From the IMG/VR virus record IMGVR_UViG_3300046698_000515, positions 1 through 64,000 of that record: a stretch of DNA of 64,000 nucleotides, one strand, 5' to 3'. This DNA comes from a virus. A model generated the notes under the pieces. It saw only the letters and a list, made by a program, of their open reading frames with translations, did not search any database and was not told the DNA's origin. The first letter of the stretch is position 1; each line of letters begins with the position of its first letter. A program made the translations under genes and the position numbers. Below, piece after piece: positions 31,342 to 39,706 of this stretch.

Positions 31342-32013
31342 TAATTTTTGATCAATGATAGAAATGATAATATCTAAATATTTTTGACCGGTTGTTGGTT
31401 TAAAATATAGTTGGTGGGAAGTATCAATAATTACCAATTCAATTTCTCTTTCTAAACATGCTTGAAATTTCCTATTGTCATTATTTTGAATTTTTGAGAG
31501 TAATTCTTTTCCATGAATAGGTTCATAATGGTAAATACCATTTAATTCTACTGCTAATTTTAGAGATGGAATATAAATATCAAGTTCTGAATTTATTGCT
31601 TCCTTTTTATTGAACAGATTTTCTAATTTTGGATATTTTTGAATTAATTGTTGTTCTATCCATTTTTCTAATTTAGATCGTCTTGTACCATGCTTTTTAT
31701 GGGTATTATTATATGTTGCAGCACATGATTGTGTACAAAACATATTAGTTGTCTTTTTATGTTTATTACGGGTTGCTGAAGCAACCACTTTAAAGAGTAC
31801 ATTACAATTTTTACATATACAAGATACTTGTGTTATTCTTGATTTATGCGCACATTTTCCACTACAATATATAACATTTCTATTATTTCTTTTTGCTAAA
31901 TAAATAGCATGTTTTGTTGTTTGAAAGGTTTTATTGCAGTGTGGGCAAATAGTATCTATAATTTTTTCATGATGTTTTGCAGATTTATATTGCGTTTTAT
32001 TATATTTAACCAT
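31306..32013 (-). CDS. free-standing homing endonuclease (Zn-finger repeats plus PD-(D/E)xK/Vsr-like domain)
   Basis: YCSGKC and FCTQSC repeats; ELDIYIPSLKLAVELNGIYHY. Confidence 0.8.
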   Translation of the reverse strand: MVKYNKTQYKSAKHHEKIIDTICPHCNKTFQTTKHAIYLAKRNNRNVIYCSGKCAHKSRITQVSCICKNCNVLFKVVASATRNKHKKTTNMFCTQSCAATYNNTHKKHGTRRSKLEKWIEQQLIQKYPKLENLFNKKEAINSELDIYIPSLKLAVELNGIYHYEPIHGKELLSKIQNNDNRKFQACLEREIELVIIDTSHQLYFKPTTGQKYLDIIISIIDQKLLLQKGLAPSST

Positions 32014-32066
32014 ACAATTATTTAATCGAAAATAGGATTTCGAATCCGGTTTAGATAACCTATTTC

Positions 32067-32142
32067 GGGCTTGTAGACCAATAGAAGAGTCAACGGTCCT
32101 AAAAACCGTACAGTGCGGGGGCAGGACCCGCCAGGCCTACCA
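32067..32142 (+). tRNA. tRNA-Leu(TAA), short variable loop
   Basis: ACGGT-CCTAAAA-ACCGT; ACCA end. Confidence 0.75.
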
Positions 32143-32603
32143 TTTTAAAATTATGAGCATAAGAACTAAAAATGATACACATCACGGATGTAAACCCGAT
32201 GACTGTCATTGTGAAGAACACTGCAATGATAAGCCTTTAAGATCTCTTTTAGAACTGTTTCTCATTGTAGGAAATATGACCCTTTGGTTCTATAATATTT
32301 TAGCTCTTGTAAATGTAATGAAACATTAAATGAAAAAGAAAACTAAATGGCCAACTTTAAAAGGTAGATTATCTCAACCATTAACTACTCGAAAAGAGGC
32401 AGTAGAGCAATTGCAAAAGTTTGGTATGCCTTTAACAGAGCTAGCAAAGAAATATTTAAAAAATGAAAAATAGTCTCCGTAAAGACGCAATAACTAAAGG
32501 TGGTTGGGGTCGAGGAATGAATAATAAATTATCACGTACTTCTAAACATAATCTTGATCGTAAAGTAGATAAGCGCAGACGGAGAGAAGGAAAAGAATTT
32601 AAT

Positions 32604-32680
32604 GACCCTATCGACTACGTTAGCTAGGTCGGAAGACCTTCAATCTTCAGGAGCGAGGGCAGCACTCGCTAGGGTCACCA
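32604..32680 (+). tRNA. tRNA-Glu(TTC)
   Basis: GAAGA-CCTTCAA-TCTTC; GACCCTA/TAGGGTC-ACCA. Confidence 0.8.
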
Positions 32681-32688
32681 ATTTATAA

Positions 32689-32764
32689 CCTCGTGAAGAT
32701 GAAGAGTGGAATCACAGGCTTGTCACGCCTGAATAAGCAGGCGCACCTCCTGTCGCGAGGACCA
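32689..32764 (+). tRNA. tRNA-Asp(GTC)
   Basis: CAGGC-TTGTCAC-GCCTG; ACCA end. Confidence 0.8.
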
Positions 32765-32781
32765 ATTTCTGACAATGTATA

Positions 32782-32852
32782 GGTAACAATCGTCTAATGG
32801 CAGGATGCCGGCGCGAAGGTCGGAGATATTGGTTCAAGTCCAGATGCTACCA
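32782..32852 (+). tRNA. atypical tRNA, 6-nt anticodon loop GCGAAG
   Basis: Canonical-looking D (GTCTAATGGCAGGAT) and T (GGTTCAAGTCC) arms. Confidence 0.45.
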
Positions 32853-32944
32853 ACGTGATGTATATTGTTGTGAAAATGAGTCTGTATAGTTTAGTGCATT
32901 TCACAGTGTGCTCCGCCATTGGGCTCATATTGAAGTAGTTAGTA

Positions 32945-33016
32945 AGGATTATGGTGCAATGGTCAGACACAGCGGCTCCCAAGTCGCTTGTCCAAGTTCG
33001 AGTCTTGGTAATTTTT
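32945..33016 (+). tRNA. atypical Gly(CCC)-like tRNA, 6-nt anticodon loop
   Basis: GCGGC-TCCCAA-GTCGC; CCAAG-TTCGAGT-CTTGG. Confidence 0.5.
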
Positions 33017-33038
33017 GCTAACTACGGATTTTATTTTT

Positions 33039-33113
33039 GCGGTATAGGTGTTTATAGATACATACGAGACTTCCAATCTTGGGTAGAGGGTGTGATACCC
33101 TCACACCGCTCCA
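33039..33113 (+). tRNA. tRNA-Gly(TCC)
   Basis: CGAGA-CTTCCAA-TCTTG; TCCA end. Confidence 0.85.
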
Positions 33114-33887
33114 ATTTTAGAATAAATAATAGTGTGATGCCATTTAAAATTTTTTACGAAAAAATTGAATCTTGTGCTATTAAATTAGAAGATGGAAGAA
33201 TCTTTACAGGATCAGATCATGAAAGTGCAGCTGCGGAAGCTCATACAGCAGGAGTTCAATGGACTGATATTGAAAAATGTATTTGTGGTTTTATGATAGA
33301 TGGAGAATTTTTTAATAGAGAACAAGCTTTTAATATTGCAATTTCAAATGGTATTCTTTGTTTGAAACAACCATGTACTCCAGGTAGATTAGATTCTTAC
33401 GATTTACCACACTTACATCCGTAAGCATAATATTGATTTTCATATTTTGTTTGTTATTATTTCTTTACTATGAAAGTAAATGCTAAAGCTGATTTAACTG
33501 GTAATCTTGTTGTAATTAATGATAATTGGTATTATCTTTGTAAGATTGATGAACCTAAACATTTATCTACTAAACCATTAGTTAATTTTACTATACAGGG
33601 TACTTTTACAAAAGCTAAAAGATAAGCATAATATTGATTTCAATAAACTAGTTATTATCATGTCTAAGTTATGGAAAATATAAACTTAAATATAGTTAAA
33701 GGTACACTTAACAAATTAAGTGTACTTCTTGATACACAAATTGAAAAGTATACTGCAGCAAAAAAGCCTACAAATGTAGATTTTGAAAGAATTCATAAAA
33801 CACTTTCTATATATGAATCAGTTGTAGATATATATGGGAATCTTATTGGTATTGATAAAATGGGTAAGGAAGAATTGTAATTTATTT

Positions 33888-33978
33888 GCCTGTTTGGCTC
33901 AGCGGCGACAGCACCATCTTTGTAAGTTGGCAGCTTTTTAATAAGCTCACGGGAGTTCAAATCTCTCAACAGGCTCCA
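33888..33978 (+). tRNA. tRNA-Thr(TGT), long variable arm
   Basis: Loop TTTGTAA; V-arm AGCTT..AAGCT; TCCA end. Confidence 0.8.
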
Positions 33979-33986
33979 AATTTATT

Positions 33987-34076
33987 GCCAGTATGCCTCA
34001 GTAGCGACAGGACCTGTTTCGTAAACAGATAACATTTAAAAGTGTTCACGGAAGTGTAAATCTTTCTACTGGCTCC
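33987..34076 (+). tRNA. tRNA-Thr(CGT), long variable arm
   Basis: CTGT-TTCGTAA-ACAG; V-arm AACATT..AGTGTT. Confidence 0.75.
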
Positions 34077-35020
34077 GCTTCTATAAGTTGTTTAATACTT
34101 TCCCATGATAACTCATTTTTATTAAGAATTAAAAGTTTTTGAGAAATTAGTTTTTTAACTTTTTGTATTTTTTCTGCATCTGTTTGTTGGCAAAAATTAT
34201 TTTTAGGATCAAGATATGTATTATAATCTGTTAAATAAAAATCAGGATAATATTTCTTATCAATTCCGAGATTGTTTACCCATGGTATTGGTGAGGGTCT
34301 TATCCATTTAATTTTGTTTTCGTCAAGTGATTGTGCAACTTTAAATTCCCAACTTGACTCCAACCATACCTTACCAGCAAATGGTGAAGTATAGTAACCT
34401 GTTTTATGGTAATGGTTTTTATTTATACATAAGTAAGTTTTACCAATATTTACACGAACTAAATGCAGACATTTACCGCAATACTTTCTTTTATGTCTAT
34501 GTATGAATTTAATAATTGTACCACATCCACCTTTACATAATTTTGGTTGTTTATTATATTCATTTAGTATAGTTTGTTTTCTAATCGCAGCATATTTTTG
34601 TAATTTAAGAAGTTTTTGTTTCTCCTTCTCTGGTGATAATTTTCCTGAGTATCCATTTTTATTTCGTTCTTTATTACTAAATGTTGCTGAGCATGTATGT
34701 GAACAAAAATTATGCTGTCGGATCGCATTAAGACACTTTCTAACTGATTTTTTACAAGTTGTACAAAAAATTGTTCTTGTAGTAGATGGATAAGTATATA
34801 ATTTTCCACATTTACTAGAACAAAAAATAGCAGTTGTATTTTTACTTTCTTTATTTCGTTGCTTCTTTCGTCTTACTGAGCCAAGAATATTATATTTCTT
34901 TCTAGTTTGTATTTTATTACATTGTTTACATTTAAAAGGAATATTATCATTCCATTTTGAGTTAACAAATGTTTCTTTATCAATTAATAAACAATCTAGT
35001 AGTTCTTTAGGTAAATCCAT
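34046..35020 (-). CDS. free-standing homing endonuclease (TnsA-like PD-(D/E)xK C-terminus)
   Basis: FCSSKC and FCSHTC repeats; ESSWE..A..LD, YYPDFYL..YLDPK. Confidence 0.8.
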   Translation of the reverse strand: MDLPKELLDCLLIDKETFVNSKWNDNIPFKCKQCNKIQTRKKYNILGSVRRKKQRNKESKNTTAIFCSSKCGKLYTYPSTTRTIFCTTCKKSVRKCLNAIRQHNFCSHTCSATFSNKERNKNGYSGKLSPEKEKQKLLKLQKYAAIRKQTILNEYNKQPKLCKGGCGTIIKFIHRHKRKYCGKCLHLVRVNIGKTYLCINKNHYHKTGYYTSPFAGKVWLESSWEFKVAQSLDENKIKWIRPSPIPWVNNLGIDKKYYPDFYLTDYNTYLDPKNNFCQQTDAEKIQKVKKLISQKLLILNKNELSWESIKQLIEAEPVERFTLP

Positions 35021-35157
35021 ATATTAATTATTTAATGAAACATAGTCGCAATAACAAGGTGCGGCTCCTATAATAAAATTTGATACGGCTTCCTTAATCA
35101 AGAAGGTGGAAATAAAGCCGGAATGAGCGTACACTCCTGAGCCCTCAAATAAATTTT

Positions 35158-35230
35158 GCCTCTGTAATTCAAAGATAGAATATTGCTTTGGTAAAGCAAA
35201 AACGTTTGGGATTGTTACCCACCTGAGGCT
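35158..35230 (+). tRNA. tRNA-Thr(GGT)
   Basis: TTGCT-TTGGTAA-AGCAA. Confidence 0.7.
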
Positions 35231-35239
35231 CACTTTAAT

Positions 35240-35330
35240 GGCTAGTAAACTTAACAAGGTTAAGGGTTGTCTGCTAAACAACGCGCTCACCTAAGACGTG
35301 GGTCAGAGGCAGGATCTGTGCTAGCCGCCA
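35240..35330 (+). tRNA. tRNA-Ser(GCT)
   Basis: GTTGT-CTGCTAA-ACAAC, long V-arm, GCCA end. Confidence 0.8.
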
Positions 35331-35371
35331 TTTTTTATTGAAATAAAAACATATTCTAATATAATGTATCC

Positions 35372-35914
35372 ATGTTAGCATTTCATGGAACATCAATTCA
35401 AAATGCAGAATCTATTTGGAAAAATGGATTTGATATTAATGCTCCAAAAAATTGGCAATTGTCACCTAGTAATAAAATATTTTGCCTTTTAGATACAGGT
35501 GGTTCAGAATCTTTCCAATATACTTTAACACAAGCTACTCTTTCAGCTTTTCGTGAGATTGATATTGTAAAACGTGCTGTTATTGTTATTGATATTACTG
35601 GAATAAAATATGCTCCTGATTCAACAAATACTATGCCAAAACATATGACCTCGATTGAAATGAAGCATATTCCACATAATAGGGTAAAAGCAGTTTTTGC
35701 TGATGTAAATAATTTAGTCCAATATAAGTTATTATTTTACTTTCAAGTTGTTAGTAAAAATTTAAAAACAACGCTTAATATTAGTTTAACGGAAGATGAA
35801 ATTAAAGAGACATCATGTAAAATGGAAACAGGCCAATGTATTTTTACAGATATTGAAAAGATTTATAGTAGAAATATTTTTTATAAATTACCGCAAGCCA
35901 AATATTATTTATAA
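35372..35914 (+). CDS. putative ADP-ribosyltransferase-fold protein
   Basis: N-terminal FHGTS..A.SI...GF motif. Confidence 0.45.
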   Translation: MLAFHGTSIQNAESIWKNGFDINAPKNWQLSPSNKIFCLLDTGGSESFQYTLTQATLSAFREIDIVKRAVIVIDITGIKYAPDSTNTMPKHMTSIEMKHIPHNRVKAVFADVNNLVQYKLLFYFQVVSKNLKTTLNISLTEDEIKETSCKMETGQCIFTDIEKIYSRNIFYKLPQAKYYL

Positions 35915-35923
35915 ACAAATTTT

Positions 35924-36011
35924 GGAGGTAGTCCGGCATGGACGAGGACGCGATCCTGAAAATCGTCGCTGGTAAAAACAGTCGGGAGTTCGATTCTCTC
36001 TGCCTCCGCCA
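35924..36011 (+). tRNA. tRNA-Ser(TGA)
   Basis: GCGAT-CCTGAAA-ATCGT, long V-arm, GCCA end. Confidence 0.85.
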
Positions 36012-36057
36012 ATTTTACTTGATTATAATGAAATGTATTATATCATATTTTCTGAAC

Positions 36058-36146
36058 TGCAGGGACAAGCCGTGTGATGCTAACTGCGCTCATAACGCAG
36101 GAGATTAATTTCTCTATGAATAGTTAGACTCTATTCTCTGCAACCA
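36058..36146 (+). tRNA. tRNA-Met(CAT), long variable arm
   Basis: CTGCG-CTCATAA-CGCAG; V-arm GAGA..TCTC; ACCA end. Confidence 0.7.
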
Positions 36147-36152
36147 ATTTCT

Positions 36153-36244
36153 GGACCTATGATGTAATGTAGCATTGCTAGTTTTATAAACTAGGCGCAG
36201 TAGATTTCTGCCAAGTTTTGGTTCAAGTCCAAATGGGTCTACCA
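36153..36244 (+). tRNA. tRNA-Ile(TAT), long variable arm
   Basis: CTAGT-TTTATAA-ACTAG; V-arm GCAG..CTGC; ACCA end. Confidence 0.8.
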
Positions 36245-36252
36245 ATTTTCAT

Positions 36253-36330
36253 CCCACAGTAATTCATTATTAGTAGAATATCGTCCTGATAAGGCGAAAG
36301 TGATTGGGGCAGAGCCAATCTGTGGGACCA
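36253..36330 (+). tRNA. tRNA-Ile(GAT)
   Basis: TCGTC-CTGATAA-GGCGA; ACCA end. Confidence 0.85.
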
Positions 36331-36623
36331 ATTTTTGTTCTTGCAATTAATCTTGTTTGTGCTTATTATATTGACATGAAAAATTTCTTTATCTGTGGCC
36401 GTAAAAATTTTAAAGGTTATGAAGTAGCCTTAAGTGGCAACAACGTAATCATTTGGATTACTGGTGAAGAATCTCCTGAACGAGTCAAAGAAATAACCAC
36501 CGCAGTTTTACTCTATCTCGAAAATGAAGGATTTGGAGATTTAAGCCGAATGAAAGTTCGGGTAGAGCTGAAAGAGTTTGGCGAGAGTGGGGGTATTTTA
36601 GTTCCTGCATAATAATTTCAAAT

Positions 36624-36697
36624 GGGCTGCAAGCTTTAAATTGAAGCAAAAAGCTTTTAACTTTTTGAACTTGGGGAAGTACCAAGGCGGCTCACCA
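36624..36697 (+). tRNA. tRNA-Lys(TTT)
   Basis: AAAAG-CTTTTAA-CTTTT; ACCA end. Confidence 0.8.
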
Positions 36698-36709
36698 TTC
36701 CATTTTTAT

Positions 36710-36783
36710 TCCAGAGTAGCTCAACTGGTAGTAGCAGATCATTGTTAATGATCAGATTGCTGGATCGTACCCAGCCTCTGGAG
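36710..36783 (+). tRNA. tRNA-Asn(GTT)
   Basis: GATCA-TTGTTAA-TGATC; TCCAGAG/CTCTGGA-G. Confidence 0.85.
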
Positions 36784-36784
36784 C

Positions 36785-36858
36785 GGACCACAAGTATTAA
36801 AGTGATACAGCAGACTCTTAACCTGCAAAACACGGGGTAGTACCGTGGTGGTTCACCA
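36785..36858 (+). tRNA. tRNA-Lys(CTT)
   Basis: Loop CTCTTAA; ACCA end. Confidence 0.8.
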
Positions 36859-36863
36859 AATTT

Positions 36864-36934
36864 ACCTGCATAGTATAAAAGTATTACCAACGGTTTTGGC
36901 CCGTAAGAAGTAGGGGCAGTACCTACTGCAGGCG
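36864..36934 (+). tRNA. tRNA-Gln(TTG)
   Basis: ACGG-TTTTGGC-CCGT; CCTGCA/TGCAGG. Confidence 0.7.
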
Positions 36935-36946
36935 CGTTTTCTTAAT

Positions 36947-37018
36947 GCCAGTATCAAGAAGTCTTGAGCATGATTTCATATGTCATTGCGCGATTTGGAG
37001 CATTACCATCTGCTGGCA
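36947..37018 (+). tRNA. tRNA-CAT (Met or Ile2)
   Basis: ATGAT-TTCATAT-GTCAT; GCCAGTA/TGCTGGC. Confidence 0.6.
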
Positions 37019-37579
37019 CTAATTTTATCAGAAATCATTTGCATTTTATATTAGGTAATAAGAAAATGAAAATATGAACGATGAAAACGAGTCTCCTAAA
37101 AGTGCATTAAGAATTTTTCTTGATGAAATAATTGATTCAAACAATGAGTTCATACACACAGAACTTGAAACATTACAAAAAACAATTTTAAACTTTTTAT
37201 GTACTAGTAAAGGAGTGATTAGAGAACACGATCGTCGGAAGATGATCTTAACAGTTAATCAAATAACAAAACTTGAAAAGCTTCAGCAATACATTTACAA
37301 TTCACTTCTGATTTATGAAGGTCAAGGAGTTGTGGGAATGTTAGAAAGATAAATATGGATAATCCTAAAATTACAGTTCATAAAGGTGAAAAGAATCATT
37401 TTTTAAGGGTTCATCTTGATGCAGAACCTAGCGGGATGTTACGATTTGAATCTGAACATGCATATACTAAACCTGAAGCTGATTTTAGAGCAGTTATGCT
37501 TTCATCTCGATATGGTTTTGATAGGGATGAGTTACCAACACATCTGATAATCGAAGTATATCCAAAAGTATAATTTAAT

Positions 37580-37653
37580 GGGAGAGTAGTTTAAAGGTAG
37601 AACATGAATCCTACAAATTCGAGACGATGGATCGTTACCATTCTTTCCCACCA
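37580..37653 (+). tRNA. tRNA-Val(TAC)
   Basis: TGAAT-CCTACAA-ATTCG; ACCA end. Confidence 0.8.
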
Positions 37654-37659
37654 TTTTAA

Positions 37660-37735
37660 CCCAATCAAACTAACCTAGTGGAAGTGCATACCCGAAGAGT
37701 ATGAAGGTCTGGAGCATAACCAGAGATTGGGACCA
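37660..37735 (+). tRNA. tRNA-Phe(GAA)
   Basis: CATAC-CCGAAGA-GTATG; ACCA end. Confidence 0.75.
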
Positions 37736-37739
37736 TTTT

Positions 37740-37813
37740 GTTCTATTCGTCTAAAAGTAGGATATTAACCTCTCAAGTTAAAAACACCAGTGCGATACTG
37801 GTATAGAACACCA
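37740..37813 (+). tRNA. tRNA-Glu(CTC)
   Basis: TTAAC-CTCTCAA-GTTAA; ACCA end. Confidence 0.85.
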
Positions 37814-37860
37814 TATTTTAATATTGATTTTAACTTAAAATATATTATACTTTATCTATA

Positions 37861-38241
37861 ATGGATTTATTCAAAAGTTCAGGTAAGTTAGAATATCGTA
37901 ATGAAGGATGGGTAACTCTCATACCTTCTTCATCTATTGGTAGATACTATAGATGGTGGGTTGAAAAAACAATTCATCAAAAAACCAACGTTCCAATGAA
38001 AGGCTGGCATATTACTGTTGTTGCTGGAAAGTATGAAGATTGCAGTTTACATCCAGCATGGAAAAAACATGAAAATGAAATAATTGAATTTGAATATGAT
38101 CATAATGTAGTTGATGATTTTACTTCTTATTGGCTTACTATTTACTCAAGACGACTTGAAGAGATCAGATTAGAGTTAGGATTGTATCCTTTTCCAAAAT
38201 TTCCGTTTCATTTAACGGTTGCAAATCTGAAGAATCTATAA
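37861..38241 (+). CDS. 2H phosphoesterase-family protein
   Basis: Two HxT motifs: WHITV and FHLTV. Confidence 0.7.
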   Translation: MDLFKSSGKLEYRNEGWVTLIPSSSIGRYYRWWVEKTIHQKTNVPMKGWHITVVAGKYEDCSLHPAWKKHENEIIEFEYDHNVVDDFTSYWLTIYSRRLEEIRLELGLYPFPKFPFHLTVANLKNL

Positions 38242-38250
38242 ATAATATTA

Positions 38251-38322
38251 CGGAATGTAGCCTAACAGTGAGGCCCTAGTTTTGGGAACTAGTACAAGTG
38301 GGGGCAGCACCCACCATTCCGA
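38251..38322 (+). tRNA. tRNA-Pro(TGG)
   Basis: CTAGT-TTTGGGA-ACTAG; CGGAATG/CATTCCG-A; TATAAATA at 38237. Confidence 0.85.
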
Positions 38323-38336
38323 CACAATTTCGAATT

Positions 38337-38411
38337 GCTCTCAAAGTGTAATGGATTATGCACAACTGTCTACGGAACAGGAGGTTCTAGATTCGAATTC
38401 TGGTGGGAGCA
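38337..38411 (+). tRNA. tRNA-Arg(ACG)
   Basis: CTGT-CTACGGA-ACAG. Confidence 0.85.
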
Positions 38412-38419
38412 CACTTTAA

Positions 38420-38497
38420 GCTAGTGGATCGAGTAAGTAAACGAACCCGTCTGCAAAACGGTAAAAATAGTGGGAGCATTACCCACCTCTAGCTCCA
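38420..38497 (+). tRNA. tRNA-Cys(GCA)
   Basis: CCGT-CTGCAAA-ACGG; TCCA end. Confidence 0.8.
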
Positions 38498-38937
38498 ATT
38501 TTTCTTCTTGCAATCAATCAAAAATTAGTTTATATTTAAAATAATATGAAAGCAGTAATTCAACAAAAAATTGAAGAATTAGTAACAATAGTTAGAGATC
38601 AATCACCTATGAAGTAGAAATGGGATTACCAAATGCATGTGATTGCAAGGATTATTTATGTACACAGAAATAAATTTTAAAACTAAAAAACAACTTAAAG
38701 AAGCAGTTATACAAGGAGAAGAAATTCGTGTATATCAACCTAATGATGTATTTGATAGTCCTCAAGCAAAATCAAATTATTCTGGCCGTGCAGCTGTTGA
38801 AGGTCCTCATTATCCTGAAGCACATCGTTGGTATGCTTCAGTTGAAATTAAAAATGGATTAGTTGTCAAAGTAAAGTAGAAAATTTCTCAAGACAACCGA
38901 TTGATTTTCTTTCAGAAGACTCAATAATATCATTACT

Positions 38938-39501
38938 ATGAAATTCAAAATCTTAGGTATATTATCGGCTGCAGTGCTTATCATAGCACTTGCAGGTCTC
39001 ACTACAAGTACTACAGGTTGCAAAACAATTACAAACCTTATAGGTACAAACACAACTCAGATTCAATCTGATGTAATGTCGGCAGCTACACAAGCTACAA
39101 CTTATGCTCTTAACCAAGATGCAAAATCACGTATTTATTTTGTTGCAGCGACTGATGTATTGGGTTCGTTTGTAAATTCAACAAATTCAAACCCAGCAAG
39201 TATTGCGGCTGCTCTAGCTGCATTACCTATTAGTCAATTGCAATCACCTGAAGCTCAATTAGCAATTACTGCAATTTTAGGAGTATATGATATAACATAT
39301 GCATCTTATGTACAGAATGCAGTTGATCAAAATGGTATGGCTAATGCTGTACTAAATGGATTAGTCCAAGGTATAAATGCTGGTTTAGCAGCAGTTCCAG
39401 CTCCTGTTGCATCTGCAAGCACAATTGCAAGTTTAACCAATTTAAAATCACCATACATGATTATTAAACCTGGTTTAGTTCCTCAACAAAAGAAGAAGTA
39501 A
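38938..39501 (+). CDS. probable lipoprotein
   Basis: Signal peptide with a TTGC lipobox-like Cys; Ala-rich helical body. Confidence 0.65.
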   Translation: MKFKILGILSAAVLIIALAGLTTSTTGCKTITNLIGTNTTQIQSDVMSAATQATTYALNQDAKSRIYFVAATDVLGSFVNSTNSNPASIAAALAALPISQLQSPEAQLAITAILGVYDITYASYVQNAVDQNGMANAVLNGLVQGINAGLAAVPAPVASASTIASLTNLKSPYMIIKPGLVPQQKKK

Positions 39502-39519
39502 ATTATTTTAAAAATCAAT

Positions 39520-39549
39520 AGCCTATGGTGAAAGCCATAGGCTTTTTTT
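39520..39549 (+). terminator. intrinsic terminator
   Basis: AGCCTATGG-TGAAAG-CCATAGGCT then a T-run. Confidence 0.85.
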
Positions 39550-39624
39550 GTGCTAGTATTAGTGCCCTCTCCTAAAGGGTAAACGTATAAATTGGATAAT
39601 GTAGGTTCGAGCCCTAGCACACCA
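39550..39624 (+). pseudogene. degenerate tRNA-Arg(CCT) lacking a D-arm
   Basis: GCCCT-CTCCTAA-AGGGT, GGTTCGAGCCC, ACCA end; T-stem and acceptor 3' strands overlap. Confidence 0.5.
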
Positions 39625-39632
39625 TTCTAAAT

Positions 39633-39706
39633 AGCCTAATGGCGCAAAACGGTAACGCAACTCGCTCTGAACGAGAAGATTAAAGGTTCGAATCCTTTTT
39701 AGGCTG
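39633..39706 (+). tRNA. tRNA-Gln(CTG)
   Basis: CTCG-CTCTGAA-CGAG; GGTTCGAATCC. Confidence 0.85.

Noticed and set aside
32067-32142. Possible amber suppressor (CTA in the loop) or alternative genetic code
   Set aside because: The 5-bp stem places TAA at 34-36; long conserved genes translate intact in the standard code.
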